DNA of 64,000 nt from Promethearchaeota archaeon (GCA_048938105.1 JBHLMN010000012.1:1-64000); one strand, 5' to 3'. Shown: positions 9,264 through 20,846, counted from the stretch's first letter. Made by a program: numbers and translations. Notes: generated from the sequence alone by a model not told the origin.

Positions 9264-12095
9264 TTATCTTTTCTTTCGTCTTCGTATGAATACTATTAGG
9301 AAACCAAAGACTAAACAAACTTGTAATACTCCAGGAAAAGTACTTGATCTTGTGGTCGTTGTGCTTGATTTAGAAGTTGTTTTATGAATAGAAGTCGTGG
9401 TAGTAGTAGTACTCGAACTAGTATCAGGTTGACTGGTAGTTGTAGTTGTGGTGGTAGTAGTAGTCGTACTAGTATCGGGTTGACTGGTAGTTGTAGTTGT
9501 GGTGGTAGTAGTAGTCGTACTAGTATCGGGTTGACTGGTAGTTGTAGTCCCTGTTGTAGTTGTTGTAGATGGGCTTTCACTAATTTCAAATATATATTCA
9601 AGAGTGGGAGTAGAATAGAATTCGTGAGTGGCAGTAATATCGACACGTTTTGATCCACTGGAGGATAATTCACTACAATCCACAGGAATCAGAGAGAAGC
9701 CAATGGTACCGTTATCCAGAGTAGTTGCTTCCCATCCTTGAGCAGCTATGTTGTATTCAATGACGGCACCATCAATTGCTTTATGCAAATGAGTATCTTC
9801 ATAATACAGAATAATGGTGAATTGCTGATCAGGATCAAATATAGCGTTTTGAGGAGGTTCGATTAACAGTAAATTGGATTCTCCGATAATTGTGAGAGAA
9901 ACTTCCAAGAAACCCACAGCAATCCCATTATGCCAAGATACTTGGACACGAAAAACCCCATATTGAATTACAGTGTCTGAAACATCCCAATCTCCAAGAG
10001 AGAACTCTTGGCCAGAGTTAAACGTAGTTTTGACAAGTGTAAAGTTTAATACATCATTAATGGGAGCTGGACTATAGATACTCAAGTTAATCAGTCCATC
10101 ATTTTGGAATATCGTTTCTTTGAAGCTTACATTGAAGTGTACAATGTCTGAATAATTAACTACGTTTTCAGGTTCAGAACCAAGATAAGAATCGATCGAT
10201 GCTACTAGATTTTCTGAGGAGGCTGTTAAATACCAATCTCCACTCCCAGCATTCAATACGTAAATTTCACTATAACCATTATTCAGGATTCTAACTGATA
10301 CATCATCAGTTCGATTTATTGTCCCATTGAACACATTGATATTATACCAACTGCTAGGAATCGTGAAATTGATCATAGCTGTCTCATTAATGCGGGGATC
10401 AAGATAATTTAATCCTTCAGTATCTGTTACATGCCACAATACTTCTTGTTCGCTTCCCACCGTAAAATTTGAGTTCGCTTTTCCATCGGTTTTCGTATAA
10501 ATAATTTGAACAGAGGTGATTGTACAGGAGACATCCCACCAATCTGCTGATAAGGTGAAGTTTATGGTCCCAGATGGATTCGAGTATTGATCTATTGAGA
10601 GCCAAAAACCAGCTCCGTAACTTGTATTATGCCCAGTAACGGGATTATCGTTTATTTTCAACCCAATTTTCGATGGGATATCATCTATAATGTGTAGATC
10701 TAGTTTTAAATGAAAATCAACTTTTTGACTAAATGCCTCTGCTAAAATCCATTTTGTTGAGGGAAAGGTTTGATAGGTATAACTTCGCGTATCATCCACA
10801 CCATTCCCTTGGGAAATCCAATTCCATTCCCAGTAACCTTCGTGAAGTGAACTAATAATGGTAAATAATCCAATAAACCACGTATTATTTTCTGTTTTCG
10901 AGTTGTCTAAATAAATATGAAGTTCTCTCAATGTAATCCATTCTAAAGACGTAGAATAATCAATAATCCCTAAATCCTGAATAAAATCATTTTTAAGTCC
11001 ACCTGGTTTGCTTACCATGTCACTAGAATTCCATGTTGAATTAAATAAAGCTAGTCTTACAGTAATATTTTCAGGACTATATGGATTATAGAGTTCCACT
11101 GAGACATTTTCGAGAAAACAATTATCCCTAACCTCAAAAGAGGAAGCTGCAGGTACAACATCATCAAATTGCTGATAATTATTATCTGGGCCATCCTCAA
11201 CGATCAACGTTTGGTTGGGAGGAGAAATAGAAGGACTTAAATCAACTTTTAAATGATAATCTCTAGTTCTCTTAAATACATCTTGCCTTAATTGCCATTT
11301 ATTAACAGTGGTGTTATAAAAATAACTCTCGGAATTATCACCATTTGCATCATCGCGTGTGAACCTCCATTCGTGAGTTCCTGGTCCTGATTTAAACACA
11401 GCAATAAACCAGGTCTTATTTTCAGTATTGGAAATATTAAGAAATTCATGTACTCTTGTAACACCCATCCATCCTTCACTTGAAGCTCCTATTGTAAATA
11501 AACCTAATTGAGTACCTAATGCCACTCCGACAGGTTGACTTCTTGATTCTGTACTATTCCATTCAGAACTGAATAAATCTATTCTAATTGTAGCACTATT
11601 AGTTCCCAAATTTCTAAGATATACGGAGACATTTTCTAAATATCCATTACCTTTAATCCAAAATGATGTAGCTTCTGGGTATCCTGAAAGAGGTTCATTG
11701 CCCTGATTTATTCCCTCTTCAATTATCAGTGTTTTATTGGGAGCATAGATCTCCTCAATAGTCATATTCACAAGCGAACTGGGAAAATTCTCAGTAGTAG
11801 GGCAGGGTTCATAAAAAGTGTTATTCAGTGGATCGGAAGTATTTGTGACAGTAATGGGAGAGGACTCAATTAAGGACTGTTGCAAAGTAATATTGCAATT
11901 TTCCCCATTTCCAGTAAAAGTAGGAGTATAATCTGAGGTTATTTCACTCCCCGATAAAATTCTTTCATTTCCAGCATGGTTTAGTGCATGGTAACTGATT
12001 GGATTTAAAATAATAGAATGCAGATTTAAACTAATCATGAATAGAAGAAGAAGCAAGCTAATGCTTCCCCATTGAGTTTTCTTTCCTGTGTTCAT
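9264..12095 (-). CDS. Large secreted cell-surface glycoprotein with duplicated beta-rich domain, Thr-rich linker and C-terminal anchor
   Basis: Signal peptide; internal repeat (NKTLIIEEG..ENKTWFI vs NQTLIVEDG..ENNTWFI); many NxS/T sequons; FPG + TM + RRRKKR. Confidence 0.8.
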   Translation of the reverse strand: MNTGKKTQWGSISLLLLLFMISLNLHSIILNPISYHALNHAGNERILSGSEITSDYTPTFTGNGENCNITLQQSLIESSPITVTNTSDPLNNTFYEPCPTTENFPSSLVNMTIEEIYAPNKTLIIEEGINQGNEPLSGYPEATSFWIKGNGYLENVSVYLRNLGTNSATIRIDLFSSEWNSTESRSQPVGVALGTQLGLFTIGASSEGWMGVTRVHEFLNISNTENKTWFIAVFKSGPGTHEWRFTRDDANGDNSESYFYNTTVNKWQLRQDVFKRTRDYHLKVDLSPSISPPNQTLIVEDGPDNNYQQFDDVVPAASSFEVRDNCFLENVSVELYNPYSPENITVRLALFNSTWNSSDMVSKPGGLKNDFIQDLGIIDYSTSLEWITLRELHIYLDNSKTENNTWFIGLFTIISSLHEGYWEWNWISQGNGVDDTRSYTYQTFPSTKWILAEAFSQKVDFHLKLDLHIIDDIPSKIGLKINDNPVTGHNTSYGAGFWLSIDQYSNPSGTINFTLSADWWDVSCTITSVQIIYTKTDGKANSNFTVGSEQEVLWHVTDTEGLNYLDPRINETAMINFTIPSSWYNINVFNGTINRTDDVSVRILNNGYSEIYVLNAGSGDWYLTASSENLVASIDSYLGSEPENVVNYSDIVHFNVSFKETIFQNDGLINLSIYSPAPINDVLNFTLVKTTFNSGQEFSLGDWDVSDTVIQYGVFRVQVSWHNGIAVGFLEVSLTIIGESNLLLIEPPQNAIFDPDQQFTIILYYEDTHLHKAIDGAVIEYNIAAQGWEATTLDNGTIGFSLIPVDCSELSSSGSKRVDITATHEFYSTPTLEYIFEISESPSTTTTTGTTTTSQPDTSTTTTTTTTTTTSQPDTSTTTTTTTTTTTSQPDTSSSTTTTTTSIHKTTSKSSTTTTRSSTFPGVLQVCLVFGFLIVFIRRRKKR
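9397..9548 (-). repeat. 51-bp coding tandem repeat, about x3 (SQPDTSTTTTTTTTTTT)
   Basis: ctagtatcgggttgactggtagttgtagttgtggtggtagtagtagtcgta unit. Confidence 0.9.
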
Positions 12096-12349
12096 TCAGA
12101 CCCCTCTTGATTTCCTACTCGAAAAAAATTATTTTTCTCTCAAATGAGAATTGGAAAGCGCACAGTGTAAAAAAAAATCAGAGACATATTTAATATTTAC
12201 CCCTGGTAAAAATTTAGAATTCCGTTTAGATGAAATTTGCTTCTGACTTTGGTGATTAAATCGAATTCAACCACTATTAGATCAATTTTTTTTAGAAAAA
12301 GCTAGGTTCACCGAATTAGACCAAAAATAATTGACCTTACATCACACGA

Positions 12350-12377
12350 ATTTCGTCCATAGCTGGTTTAAATTGGT
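12350..12377 (-). repeat. dif-like site (degenerate)
   Basis: atttcgtccat-agctgg-tttaaattggt; resembles the 28671 site. Confidence 0.55.
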
Positions 12378-12621
12378 AGGGTTGGTAACAGTTGAAATTT
12401 AGGTGCTTAAATATGGTTATTCATACTGAATTATGAATAAGTTCCGTCGCCGAGAGTTCTGCGGAGACGTTAAACGCTTGTGGAGAGTTGATAAGACCTG
12501 TATATCAGTAGGCGCACCTCAATGAAGTATGAAGACTAGCACTATCGAAGACTGGTCATAAAAGGCCATAACTGTCCTCATTAGGTAAGTCTTTCAGAAC
12601 GGTATATAATCACAACTTAAT

Positions 12622-12649
12622 AATTGGCAAAAGGCTAGATTAACACTTT
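12622..12649 (-). repeat. dif-like site (class I)
   Basis: aattggcaaaa-ggctag-attaacacttt. Confidence 0.7.
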
Positions 12650-12669
12650 AAAAATATGAAAAGATTATC

Positions 12670-12948
12670 TTATAACATTAAATTTTGTTGTTTACAATTT
12701 TCACTGTCATTATTAGACCAACCACTAATTAATCCAGCAGAAAGCCGTTTGAGCGTCCAGGCAATCACAACCAAAGCAATCAAAATGAAACCAACCGCAA
12801 AAATAAGATCAACCGCAGAAGAAAAAGTCAGCGCAGCACTAAGGGCAAGAATGCAGAGCAACAGCCATAAAAAGCAACAGATCACAGTAAAAAAACACCT
12901 ACGAATATATAATTCCTTGAAATAAAATTTATGATGTAATGTCATCAA
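12670..12948 (-). CDS. Small membrane protein
   Basis: Two hydrophobic helices; overlaps the end of the S41 gene. Confidence 0.35.
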   Translation of the reverse strand: MMTLHHKFYFKELYIRRCFFTVICCFLWLLLCILALSAALTFSSAVDLIFAVGFILIALVVIAWTLKRLSAGLISGWSNNDSENCKQQNLML

Positions 12949-14542
12949 TCACAAAATCGATTAGTTCATTCAAATTACCAAATGAGCTCTCATAATACAC
13001 ATCTGGGTGTGTTCTAAACTCTTCGTTTGCTTCACCATTACTCTCCAGTCCTATGGATGGTGGAGCTCTGATGACAATTTTACTATTGGGTAATGTAAAG
13101 AAGATAGGAGTTGGAATGATTCCATCACCTCCACTTGGAATTCCATAAATCGTAGCAAAATTAGACTCCTTGCAAAAGATAGCCAAGTTCTCCGAAGCGG
13201 AATATGCGATATTATCTATCAATAAGCTAATTGTGCCATTAAAATCAACCTCATTGACTGGTTCAATAATCTGTGTATAGTTATAAATCTCGTAGTTATT
13301 ACCATAAACCTCGGGAGGTAGCGATTCGAAAAAATCAGCTGGAATGGTTCCAGAAGGGAGCGACCAAGCTTGTTCAATTTCTCTTCGGAATTCATTAACG
13401 TATCTCCCATTTTTGTAAGCTAAATATCCTATACGCGTTTTCGTTTCAGTAATCAGTGGTCCAACAATATAATTTCTCCAGTTGCTCGAACTACCCCCCA
13501 CATTCCCGCGGATATCAATAATCAGATGCTGATAATCATCAATCTGGTTAAGAAAATCTAAGATATCTTGAAGATACGGCTCTAAATAGTATGAGAATGA
13601 ACGGAAGTACATGTATGCAACACTCTGGTTCTCCCAGGTATTGAAGATGAGGGGTGAAGACAGTGTTGCAGGATAACAGAAGGGATTCTCATAGGGCTTG
13701 TTGACAATATCGAAAACTACATCATATTCATGGCCAAACTCATTCTTGATTGTAAATAAAGCGTTTCCAAATTCATGTGGAGTGATCGACCAAAGATAGT
13801 GCTTTTCTCTAGCAAAATCCCAGTCTAGATACGCTCTGTCAAAACATTCCAACACAACATCATCGATAGGATTCCCATTTACTTGGAGAATTGTGGACTG
13901 GTTACCATATTTTTCAATCCATGATCCATAACCATCCACAATTCTGTAAACTCCCCGATCATAGACGATTTTCGCATCGTAGCTGACATTAACCATGTTA
14001 TTACAGTATTCATTGTAGATGCTTTTCCAATATGAAGAAGCACTCACAACATTATTGTTGAAAACTTCTTTGCAAATGGGTAACCATGAGCCATAATTCG
14101 ATTGGTAAAGTGAATAATATTCAGGATCTACAATGTTAGTGTGTCTATTTTGCAGAGCTTCGACAGCTTCAGCAATTATAGAGAAAAACTCTACATTATC
14201 TGACGCAGAATTGATTCGATTCTCGTAAACTTCTCTTAAGTCCAGCCAATTATATCCATGAGTTCGATTCTTGAGTGTTAGATAGGGATAATTGTACCGA
14301 ACAAAACTATACAGTGCATGAAAATCTTGTAACCACTCATCAACGCCAATCTCAGTGGGATCTATATCTTTAATGTTCAACTCATACTCATCTGAGGATT
14401 GGTTGAAGTAATAGATGATGCCTATTGTTATCGCTGATATAATCGCAATAAACATTATTGCTGCTACTAAAACTCTTCTTGAGAAACCTTTAAGACGAGA
14501 AGTAAGTCTACTCATATTCTCATAATTCCTTTTGTATTTCAA
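12929..14542 (-). CDS. S41 family peptidase with N-terminal membrane anchor
   Basis: LIIDIRGNVGG, AYSASENLA and TIYGIPSGG motifs. Confidence 0.88.
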   Translation of the reverse strand: MKYKRNYENMSRLTSRLKGFSRRVLVAAIMFIAIISAITIGIIYYFNQSSDEYELNIKDIDPTEIGVDEWLQDFHALYSFVRYNYPYLTLKNRTHGYNWLDLREVYENRINSASDNVEFFSIIAEAVEALQNRHTNIVDPEYYSLYQSNYGSWLPICKEVFNNNVVSASSYWKSIYNEYCNNMVNVSYDAKIVYDRGVYRIVDGYGSWIEKYGNQSTILQVNGNPIDDVVLECFDRAYLDWDFAREKHYLWSITPHEFGNALFTIKNEFGHEYDVVFDIVNKPYENPFCYPATLSSPLIFNTWENQSVAYMYFRSFSYYLEPYLQDILDFLNQIDDYQHLIIDIRGNVGGSSSNWRNYIVGPLITETKTRIGYLAYKNGRYVNEFRREIEQAWSLPSGTIPADFFESLPPEVYGNNYEIYNYTQIIEPVNEVDFNGTISLLIDNIAYSASENLAIFCKESNFATIYGIPSGGDGIIPTPIFFTLPNSKIVIRAPPSIGLESNGEANEEFRTHPDVYYESSFGNLNELIDFVIDDITS

Positions 14543-15204
14543 TAATCTACAATTTCGATAAAATCATTCCATCCATCGGTAGAAAGTTGAACAATTTCAA
14601 TAAATACCACTTCTTCGTTGTTTCTCTTGACGATAAAGTCGTTTAAGAAAGGATATAGAACACTGATCGTCAGAATGATTGCAATTAGTATTCTTATCCG
14701 ATATTCCTGCATCATCATTGATTTTCCCAGATTTTATCCAACCATAAGCTCAAAGCTTTTATAATAGTTGTGTTAAGGGAAGTAAATCTATTAAAATTAG
14801 TCGAAGTAAAGTGGGGTTATTTAGTTTCTTCATATTACCAACATTGAGATTGTTGTACAAATTCGAAATAGTTAAAATGTATATTTGCTTTATATACCTT
14901 CTATATCCCTAAACCTTTGATAAATACCATTTCTCTATATTTTTTGTATATTATTTAGTACATTACATTTGGAGATTTTCATTCTGAATGATTGTCAAAC
15001 TTGTTTCTAGGACATTATTTCAGGAAAAGCCTTGAGAATCCAATTCCCTCCAGCTCATGTAATATCTATAAATTTTGTGCTCTTTCTGCTCTTAGATCCG
15101 TGTATAATGAGTTCTCAGGGATTATCAGCTGCCTTAAATGAAATTCTTTTTTAAAGAAAAAATCCTTACTCTAATGTCAAGAATAGGTAAGGACTTGCTT
15201 AAAA

Positions 15205-15903
15205 ATGGAAAATATCTTAGAAGTGATAAACCTTAGCAAATCTTACGGTTTTAAAAACACCAAAACGGAAATTCTCAAAGGACTCAACCTGTCTATTGCG
15301 AAAGGACAACGTGTTGCTATTATGGGTCCTTCCGGATCTGGCAAAACTACATTATTAAATGTTATATCAGGATTAGATGACGCTGATTCTGGTAAAGTGT
15401 CTATCAATAATAAAAATATTGTAGAGATGAATGCAGATCAGCGTGCGAAGTTTAGAAGAAGAAATCTTGGATTTATTTTCCAGAATTCGAATTTAATTAG
15501 TAGTTTAAGTGTTTTAGAAAATATTTGCTTCCCTTTATTATTAAATAATATTGGAATAAATGAGGCAAAAAAACAAGCCATAGATCTTCTTAAGAGAATT
15601 GGTCTTGAAGAGAAAGTTAATTATGATGTTAAAAAGCTTTCTGGTGGAGAAAAGCAAAGAGTCGCATTGGCAAGAGCTATGGTTTCCCATCCTACTCTTG
15701 TATTAGCTGACGAACCAACTGGAAATTTAGATCGTAGTACAGCGAGAAAAATTGTTCAGTTAGTGGATGAAATGACTGAAGAGTTTGATCAAACGCTACT
15801 TGTAGTAACTCATGACCCCATTGTAGCTAATGTTTGTGATGTTGTTTATTTTCTCAATGGTGCTCTACAGTTAAATAAGGAGAAAGATCTACCTAAAACT
15901 TAA
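15205..15903 (+). CDS. ABC transporter ATP-binding protein (LolD/MacB type)
   Basis: GPSGSGKTT, LSGGEKQR, LADEPTGNLD and VTHD. Confidence 0.95.
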   Translation: MENILEVINLSKSYGFKNTKTEILKGLNLSIAKGQRVAIMGPSGSGKTTLLNVISGLDDADSGKVSINNKNIVEMNADQRAKFRRRNLGFIFQNSNLISSLSVLENICFPLLLNNIGINEAKKQAIDLLKRIGLEEKVNYDVKKLSGGEKQRVALARAMVSHPTLVLADEPTGNLDRSTARKIVQLVDEMTEEFDQTLLVVTHDPIVANVCDVVYFLNGALQLNKEKDLPKT

Positions 15904-15919
15904 ATGGAAGGAATGGGAG

Positions 15920-18766
15920 ATGTTTTTAAATATCTGGATTACTATACAAACGGTTAGAAAGATCTGGAAAAGAGTTTTACTGGGCGGATTAGGAATATCA
16001 ATAGGATTTATGCTTATTTTTACTACTTCAATATTGAGTGATAGTATTTATAGATCAATTCTAGAAGATAATCTTCAAATTCTTCAAGAAACAGATATTT
16101 TGTTATTTTCAGCTGACAACACGAATGGAGGTTTCTTTGATGACTCTATTATCAATGAAATTGAGACAAATAATGAATTATCCTCTTTAATTGATGCTAT
16201 TTCTGGGCAATTGGTTTTTGGGGTAACCCTAATTTGTTCTGAAAAAAACTCAAGTGCGTGGGGAGTATTACACGGAATTAATGTAACTAGAGATCATGAA
16301 TTTGGCCCATTAAATATGGATGGAGAGTCACTTGGATGGAACCAGCTTGAATCTGAAGATGGGTCAATAAATGCAGTTATAACTCAGAATATTGTGAAAG
16401 AGCTTAATATTTCAAAGGGTGATTTAATAAAAATCCCTTTTTCATTGAATAAGCCAAATAAAATAATTCTAGTAGAATTTTCTGTTATTGGCGTATTAGA
16501 TGATGAAGGAAGAGCAAAGAGGAATGATGGATATAATATTTACGTAGATTTGCAAACCTTACAAATGACTCTAAATCTAACCAATAAAATCAATGAAGTA
16601 CTAATAAGTCTAAATGGGGACGTTGTAGATGGATTAGACTATGAAGATACATTTCTAGATGCTCTAAATAGCAATTTACTTAATACTGATAACTGGTCTA
16701 ATATTGGAATTTTTAGAATCAAAAGAAGTGCTTATGATGAGGCTAGAAGTGGAGCGAGAAGTTTTTCTGGGTTTTTTAACGCTTTAGGATTAATTGGAAT
16801 TACATCTGCAGTATTTTTAATTGGAACTATTTATTATATATTGCTAGAAGAGCGTCGTGGAGATATTGCTACCTTAAGATCATTAGGCATGGTAAAATTT
16901 GATATTTTCAAACAGTTTTTTCTAGAGAGTCTGATTACGGGAGTAATCGCGGGAATTATCGGTGTTTTTGGTACAATAATTATAACACACCTCTTTCTAG
17001 AAGCATTGAGTTCCATTTATAAACCTGGTTTTTATTTTATTGGACAGGTAGAACTCTCAAGGCCTTATACTATTTGGATTAGGCTTGAATCTTTGATACA
17101 GTCCTTTATACTTGGTCTTATATTTGTAATGATAATTGCTACATTTGCTTCTTGGAGAATATCATCAATGAATATTATCACTACTTTCCAAGAATTAGAG
17201 ATTGATATAATTCAAAATCCAAACAAGAAAAAAGGTTTGTTTTATTTATTTGCCTCTATAGTTCTTATTTCATTAGGAATCTCCGTTTTACAAACCTCAT
17301 TAATCATCTTTTCTACATTAAGTTCTATTGGAACATTATTTGGATTCTTATTCTTACATGCATGGAAAAAAGAACGATTTCGAACCCTTGGGACTATCTA
17401 TTCATTAGCTATTCTTATACCAACTGTTACTCTTGTAATCTTTTTAGCGAATAGCTCAACCTTTAATTCTGAGAGTTTTCTTTTTATTATATATTCCTGG
17501 TTATACATTTTAATTCTGATGGCAATTCTGGTTGTATTACAACTAAATTCTATTACAAAATTAATAATGAAGTTATCTTTTATTAAATCAAGTCATATTC
17601 TTATGTACTGTCAAGGAAATGTCAACAAATCAAAGGTTAAAATCTTTTTATCCCTTATTATATTTGCTTTAATGGTTTCAGTGATGCAGGGAGTTGTATT
17701 AATGGCTAATGCTTCTTATTATGCAAATGAGGCATCTATGGATCAAAATTGGATGTATGGAGCTGACTTCAGAGTAAATACTGTATTACCTATTAATCAA
17801 TCTGAATGGTATCAAAATCTAGATTTAGAACTGAAGAATAGTATTAGTTATATTGCAGGATGGTCTCGGACAATAGCTAGTATTGAAATGAAGGTTGGAG
17901 AGGAGATGGAATGGTGGTATAATTATACTAAGGATGAAAGTCCTATAATTGGCCTAGATAAGTATAGTAAAGACTTATTCGATATTAGAATCAAAGGAAA
18001 AAGTATATTTGAATCAGAAGATTCAGTTTGGACTAACTTCTTTGATGGCAAAGGAGTTTTAGTCCCTTCATGGTTTGAGTATAACGATTTTCAATTTCAA
18101 GATGTTAATATATCAACAGATATCGGAAATCAGACTCTCCCTGTAATAGGATACATTTTTTCAAGTTCAGGCTCTATTTTCATGTCAAAAAACTTGTTAA
18201 AGTCTTACTTTGTAAATATTACAGGTGATAATATTTTATTTATTAAATTAAAATCAACTAATAATATTAGAGATATTCATGAAAAACTAGAAAGAAGTTT
18301 AAGTGCATGGGGTCTTTCACTAACCAATAGAGTGGAATTTATTAATGATTTGACAGAGGTAATATTAATGGGAACAATTATTTTTGAAGGCTACTTCTCT
18401 ATCGGAGTCTTTTTGGCGTTTATTGGACTCTCATCAATTTTTTACCGAAATATTCAACTAAGATGGCATGAATTTGGTATTTTAAGAGCCATGGGAATGA
18501 GTAGGGCGGAAACAGCGACAGCAATAATTCTCGAGTCTGCACTAATCTCTGCTTTAGCTTTCATTATTGGTACAACTACCTCAGTTATTGTGTTAAAACC
18601 AGCTTTAGGAGCTTTACAGGGTGTATCCTCCTATAATGTTGACATTTTCGCTGTACTTTTTTGGACAATACTTGTAGTATTCAGTTCACTAATTGCGGCC
18701 TTAATTCCGGTTCTTTCTCTAAGAAGAATGAGAGAAATCGAATTGATAAGAGAGATAGGCCAATGA
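15920..18766 (+). CDS. FtsX/MacB-family ABC permease (duplicated)
   Basis: Two ERxxEI(A/G)xLRxxGM-type motifs; large extracellular domains; next to the ATPase. Confidence 0.9.
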   Translation: MFLNIWITIQTVRKIWKRVLLGGLGISIGFMLIFTTSILSDSIYRSILEDNLQILQETDILLFSADNTNGGFFDDSIINEIETNNELSSLIDAISGQLVFGVTLICSEKNSSAWGVLHGINVTRDHEFGPLNMDGESLGWNQLESEDGSINAVITQNIVKELNISKGDLIKIPFSLNKPNKIILVEFSVIGVLDDEGRAKRNDGYNIYVDLQTLQMTLNLTNKINEVLISLNGDVVDGLDYEDTFLDALNSNLLNTDNWSNIGIFRIKRSAYDEARSGARSFSGFFNALGLIGITSAVFLIGTIYYILLEERRGDIATLRSLGMVKFDIFKQFFLESLITGVIAGIIGVFGTIIITHLFLEALSSIYKPGFYFIGQVELSRPYTIWIRLESLIQSFILGLIFVMIIATFASWRISSMNIITTFQELEIDIIQNPNKKKGLFYLFASIVLISLGISVLQTSLIIFSTLSSIGTLFGFLFLHAWKKERFRTLGTIYSLAILIPTVTLVIFLANSSTFNSESFLFIIYSWLYILILMAILVVLQLNSITKLIMKLSFIKSSHILMYCQGNVNKSKVKIFLSLIIFALMVSVMQGVVLMANASYYANEASMDQNWMYGADFRVNTVLPINQSEWYQNLDLELKNSISYIAGWSRTIASIEMKVGEEMEWWYNYTKDESPIIGLDKYSKDLFDIRIKGKSIFESEDSVWTNFFDGKGVLVPSWFEYNDFQFQDVNISTDIGNQTLPVIGYIFSSSGSIFMSKNLLKSYFVNITGDNILFIKLKSTNNIRDIHEKLERSLSAWGLSLTNRVEFINDLTEVILMGTIIFEGYFSIGVFLAFIGLSSIFYRNIQLRWHEFGILRAMGMSRAETATAIILESALISALAFIIGTTTSVIVLKPALGALQGVSSYNVDIFAVLFWTILVVFSSLIAALIPVLSLRRMREIELIREIGQ

Positions 18767-18970
18767 ACAAATAATTATCTAATGAAATAATCTACTAAAT
18801 TCACATTGTTAATTTCGAAATCCTCATCTACATAATTTGAGTGCTTCCTTTTAACTTTTAATTGGATAGATTTTACATTCTGCTGCATTATAAGTATTGA
18901 AATTTCAGCGATGGTGTCATTTGGATTAACAGCCACCGAAAATTAAGAGTTTAGGAAATCTCTTGGATTA

Positions 18971-18998
18971 ATGTCATCAAACCAGCCCTCTATAATTG
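18971..18998 (+). repeat. dif-like site (class II)
   Basis: atgtcatcaaa-ccagcc-ctctataattg. Confidence 0.85.
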
Positions 18999-19224
18999 AA
19001 ATAAGTTATTTGACAATTTTTTTTACTTCTATCTTAAAATGAAATTGAATAAAAATTATGATAGTATTGAGATGGTATGAGATGACCGAGTTCTATTCCT
19101 ATTGGTCGAAAATTTGCACTAATTTTAGGACCTATCTTAATCTTCCTGTTATTTCTTCCATTTAACGATATAGGTAGCTTTTCTTGGTTGAGAAGTTCAT
19201 AATTATCTACATAGAACATGAATT

Positions 19225-20109
19225 TTAATGCTGAATTCTGTCAATGAATAAATTGATGAATTTTCGTATAACTTTCCGCATTACATTAGATCTTGTAATG
19301 ATTCCAGCAAAAGGAGGGGACAATTTATAATATAATTTAATTATTGAATTCCCAAAGGAAGTTTTGCCTAATGATTCATCACGCCAGCCTCGTAAAATAT
19401 CCAGCTTAAGATGAAGTGGATCGCCATATGCAGCAGTTGCAATAAAGCATTTACCGATAATAGGGTTTATAATAACAGGCCTAGCATACAATCTGAGCCT
19501 TCCATAACGTCTAATTTCGAGAAAAAGAAGAAATGGCTCACCGTCTACATTAACACCGCTTTTTGCAACCCTAAGGGGAACAACAACTGGGGAAATTTCA
19601 GATTCAAGATCAAATGTGAACCTGTGCCCCATACGATCACCTGGCCACTCAGTATTGTCTCTTTCAGCTCCTTGGACGTATTGTTCATGTTCAATCCACG
19701 CTCCTTGCACAGGTTCCCAATTCGGCTCAACGTAATCTTGCCATAAAGGTGAATGCTCTTTTGTAGGAAAAGTATCATCACCAGCTGGGAATCTCACTGT
19801 GTAATTACCGCGTTCTCCGTGGCCAAGATATTCTGGAGGATTTAGGATGGAATATGGGTCTGCAACTGATGCTTTAGGTTTTAACAAGTGAAGCTCTAGC
19901 TTATTTGGGATCTCATCAGAATTTTGCCTATTCAAATTCCATTTAATTACTACATTTCCCCAATCGACCTCTGTTTCTGTAGGCGGATACGAAGGAAGGG
20001 TAGGATTCCCTTCAGTAATATTAATCGGATTTACCCTCCCATGATCAACACTATAGATAATTTCAGACTCAATCGTTGTAAAATCCAAATTTCTCACCAT
20101 TCTACTCAA
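19225..20109 (-). CDS. Protein with C-terminal CFI-box-CTERM domain
   Basis: GKCFIATAAYG...LRGWRD...YYKLSPPFA. Confidence 0.8.
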   Translation of the reverse strand: MSRMVRNLDFTTIESEIIYSVDHGRVNPINITEGNPTLPSYPPTETEVDWGNVVIKWNLNRQNSDEIPNKLELHLLKPKASVADPYSILNPPEYLGHGERGNYTVRFPAGDDTFPTKEHSPLWQDYVEPNWEPVQGAWIEHEQYVQGAERDNTEWPGDRMGHRFTFDLESEISPVVVPLRVAKSGVNVDGEPFLLFLEIRRYGRLRLYARPVIINPIIGKCFIATAAYGDPLHLKLDILRGWRDESLGKTSFGNSIIKLYYKLSPPFAGIITRSNVMRKVIRKFINLFIDRIQH

Positions 20110-20469
20110 TGACTAAAATAATTTCCCTCTATTTCTAGAAACTTAATTTCGAAACTAAATTATTTCTATCTAAATTATTACTTATAAAGTTTGACTTGAA
20201 ATGAAAAGTGAATTCTGCTCCAAAAAATAGTATTTAGTTTGAGTCACAAATTCTAACTTCTGAAAAATCATTAGGATTATAAATAATTCTTAATATACTG
20301 CGTCTGGTGTTTTACTACTCGAAAGCTTAATTATCCTTGGAATATTAGTTGGATTCGTTAAGTTAAATGAAGGGATCTCTAGAATCGAAATACTAAATCT
20401 ACCAACCGATCAGACTTTTAGGACGTTTCAAACAAAAAATGTATATGAAGTAAGTGGTCTTAATCTGCA

Positions 20470-20721
20470 ATGTTTACATCTCTTGTGCCCTTAAAGGACT
20501 TATTGGATGAACCAAAAGAGAAAGATAGGTATATGTTTGTGTGGTTTATTTTAGGAGAATTAAGAAAAAGTTTAATATTCCCATTTCCTTATTTCACGAG
20601 TAATGCTGTTTTTGAAAGAAAAAATGATGCGTTAGAGAAAATCATTGTCATTGAAAATGCTAGATCAATATTACAGGGCTTGTGTCCTCATTGTAATGGT
20701 AATTATTCAAAAAACAGGTAG
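20470..20721 (+). CDS. Short hypothetical protein or fragment (CxxC)
   Basis: 83-aa ORF containing CPHC. Confidence 0.3.
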   Translation: MFTSLVPLKDLLDEPKEKDRYMFVWFILGELRKSLIFPFPYFTSNAVFERKNDALEKIIVIENARSILQGLCPHCNGNYSKNR

Positions 20722-20846
20722 ATCAGTTTTCAGAGGGAGAAAGTATTACTTGTAATTATTGCAATCATTCAATTAAAGCGGAATGGGTATCAATGAATCC
20801 CTAATTTGGATGACATGGGTTAGATTGTTTAACATCTAGAAATTTT

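Noticed and set aside
9311-9673. ORFs 9311..9673 (-) and 9384..9653 (+), and other short overlapping ORFs (e.g. 506..826, 12656..12925, 24813..25304, 41158..41490)
   Set aside because: Shadow frames of real genes or of the Thr-rich tandem repeat.
14727-14754. Additional weak site candidates (14727 ttttat-ccaacc-ataag; 12553 ggtcataaaa-ggccat; about 33745 taaa-ggctag; about 47255 ctaaa-ccacc)
   Set aside because: Too few matches to distinguish from chance in AT-rich DNA without a PWM.
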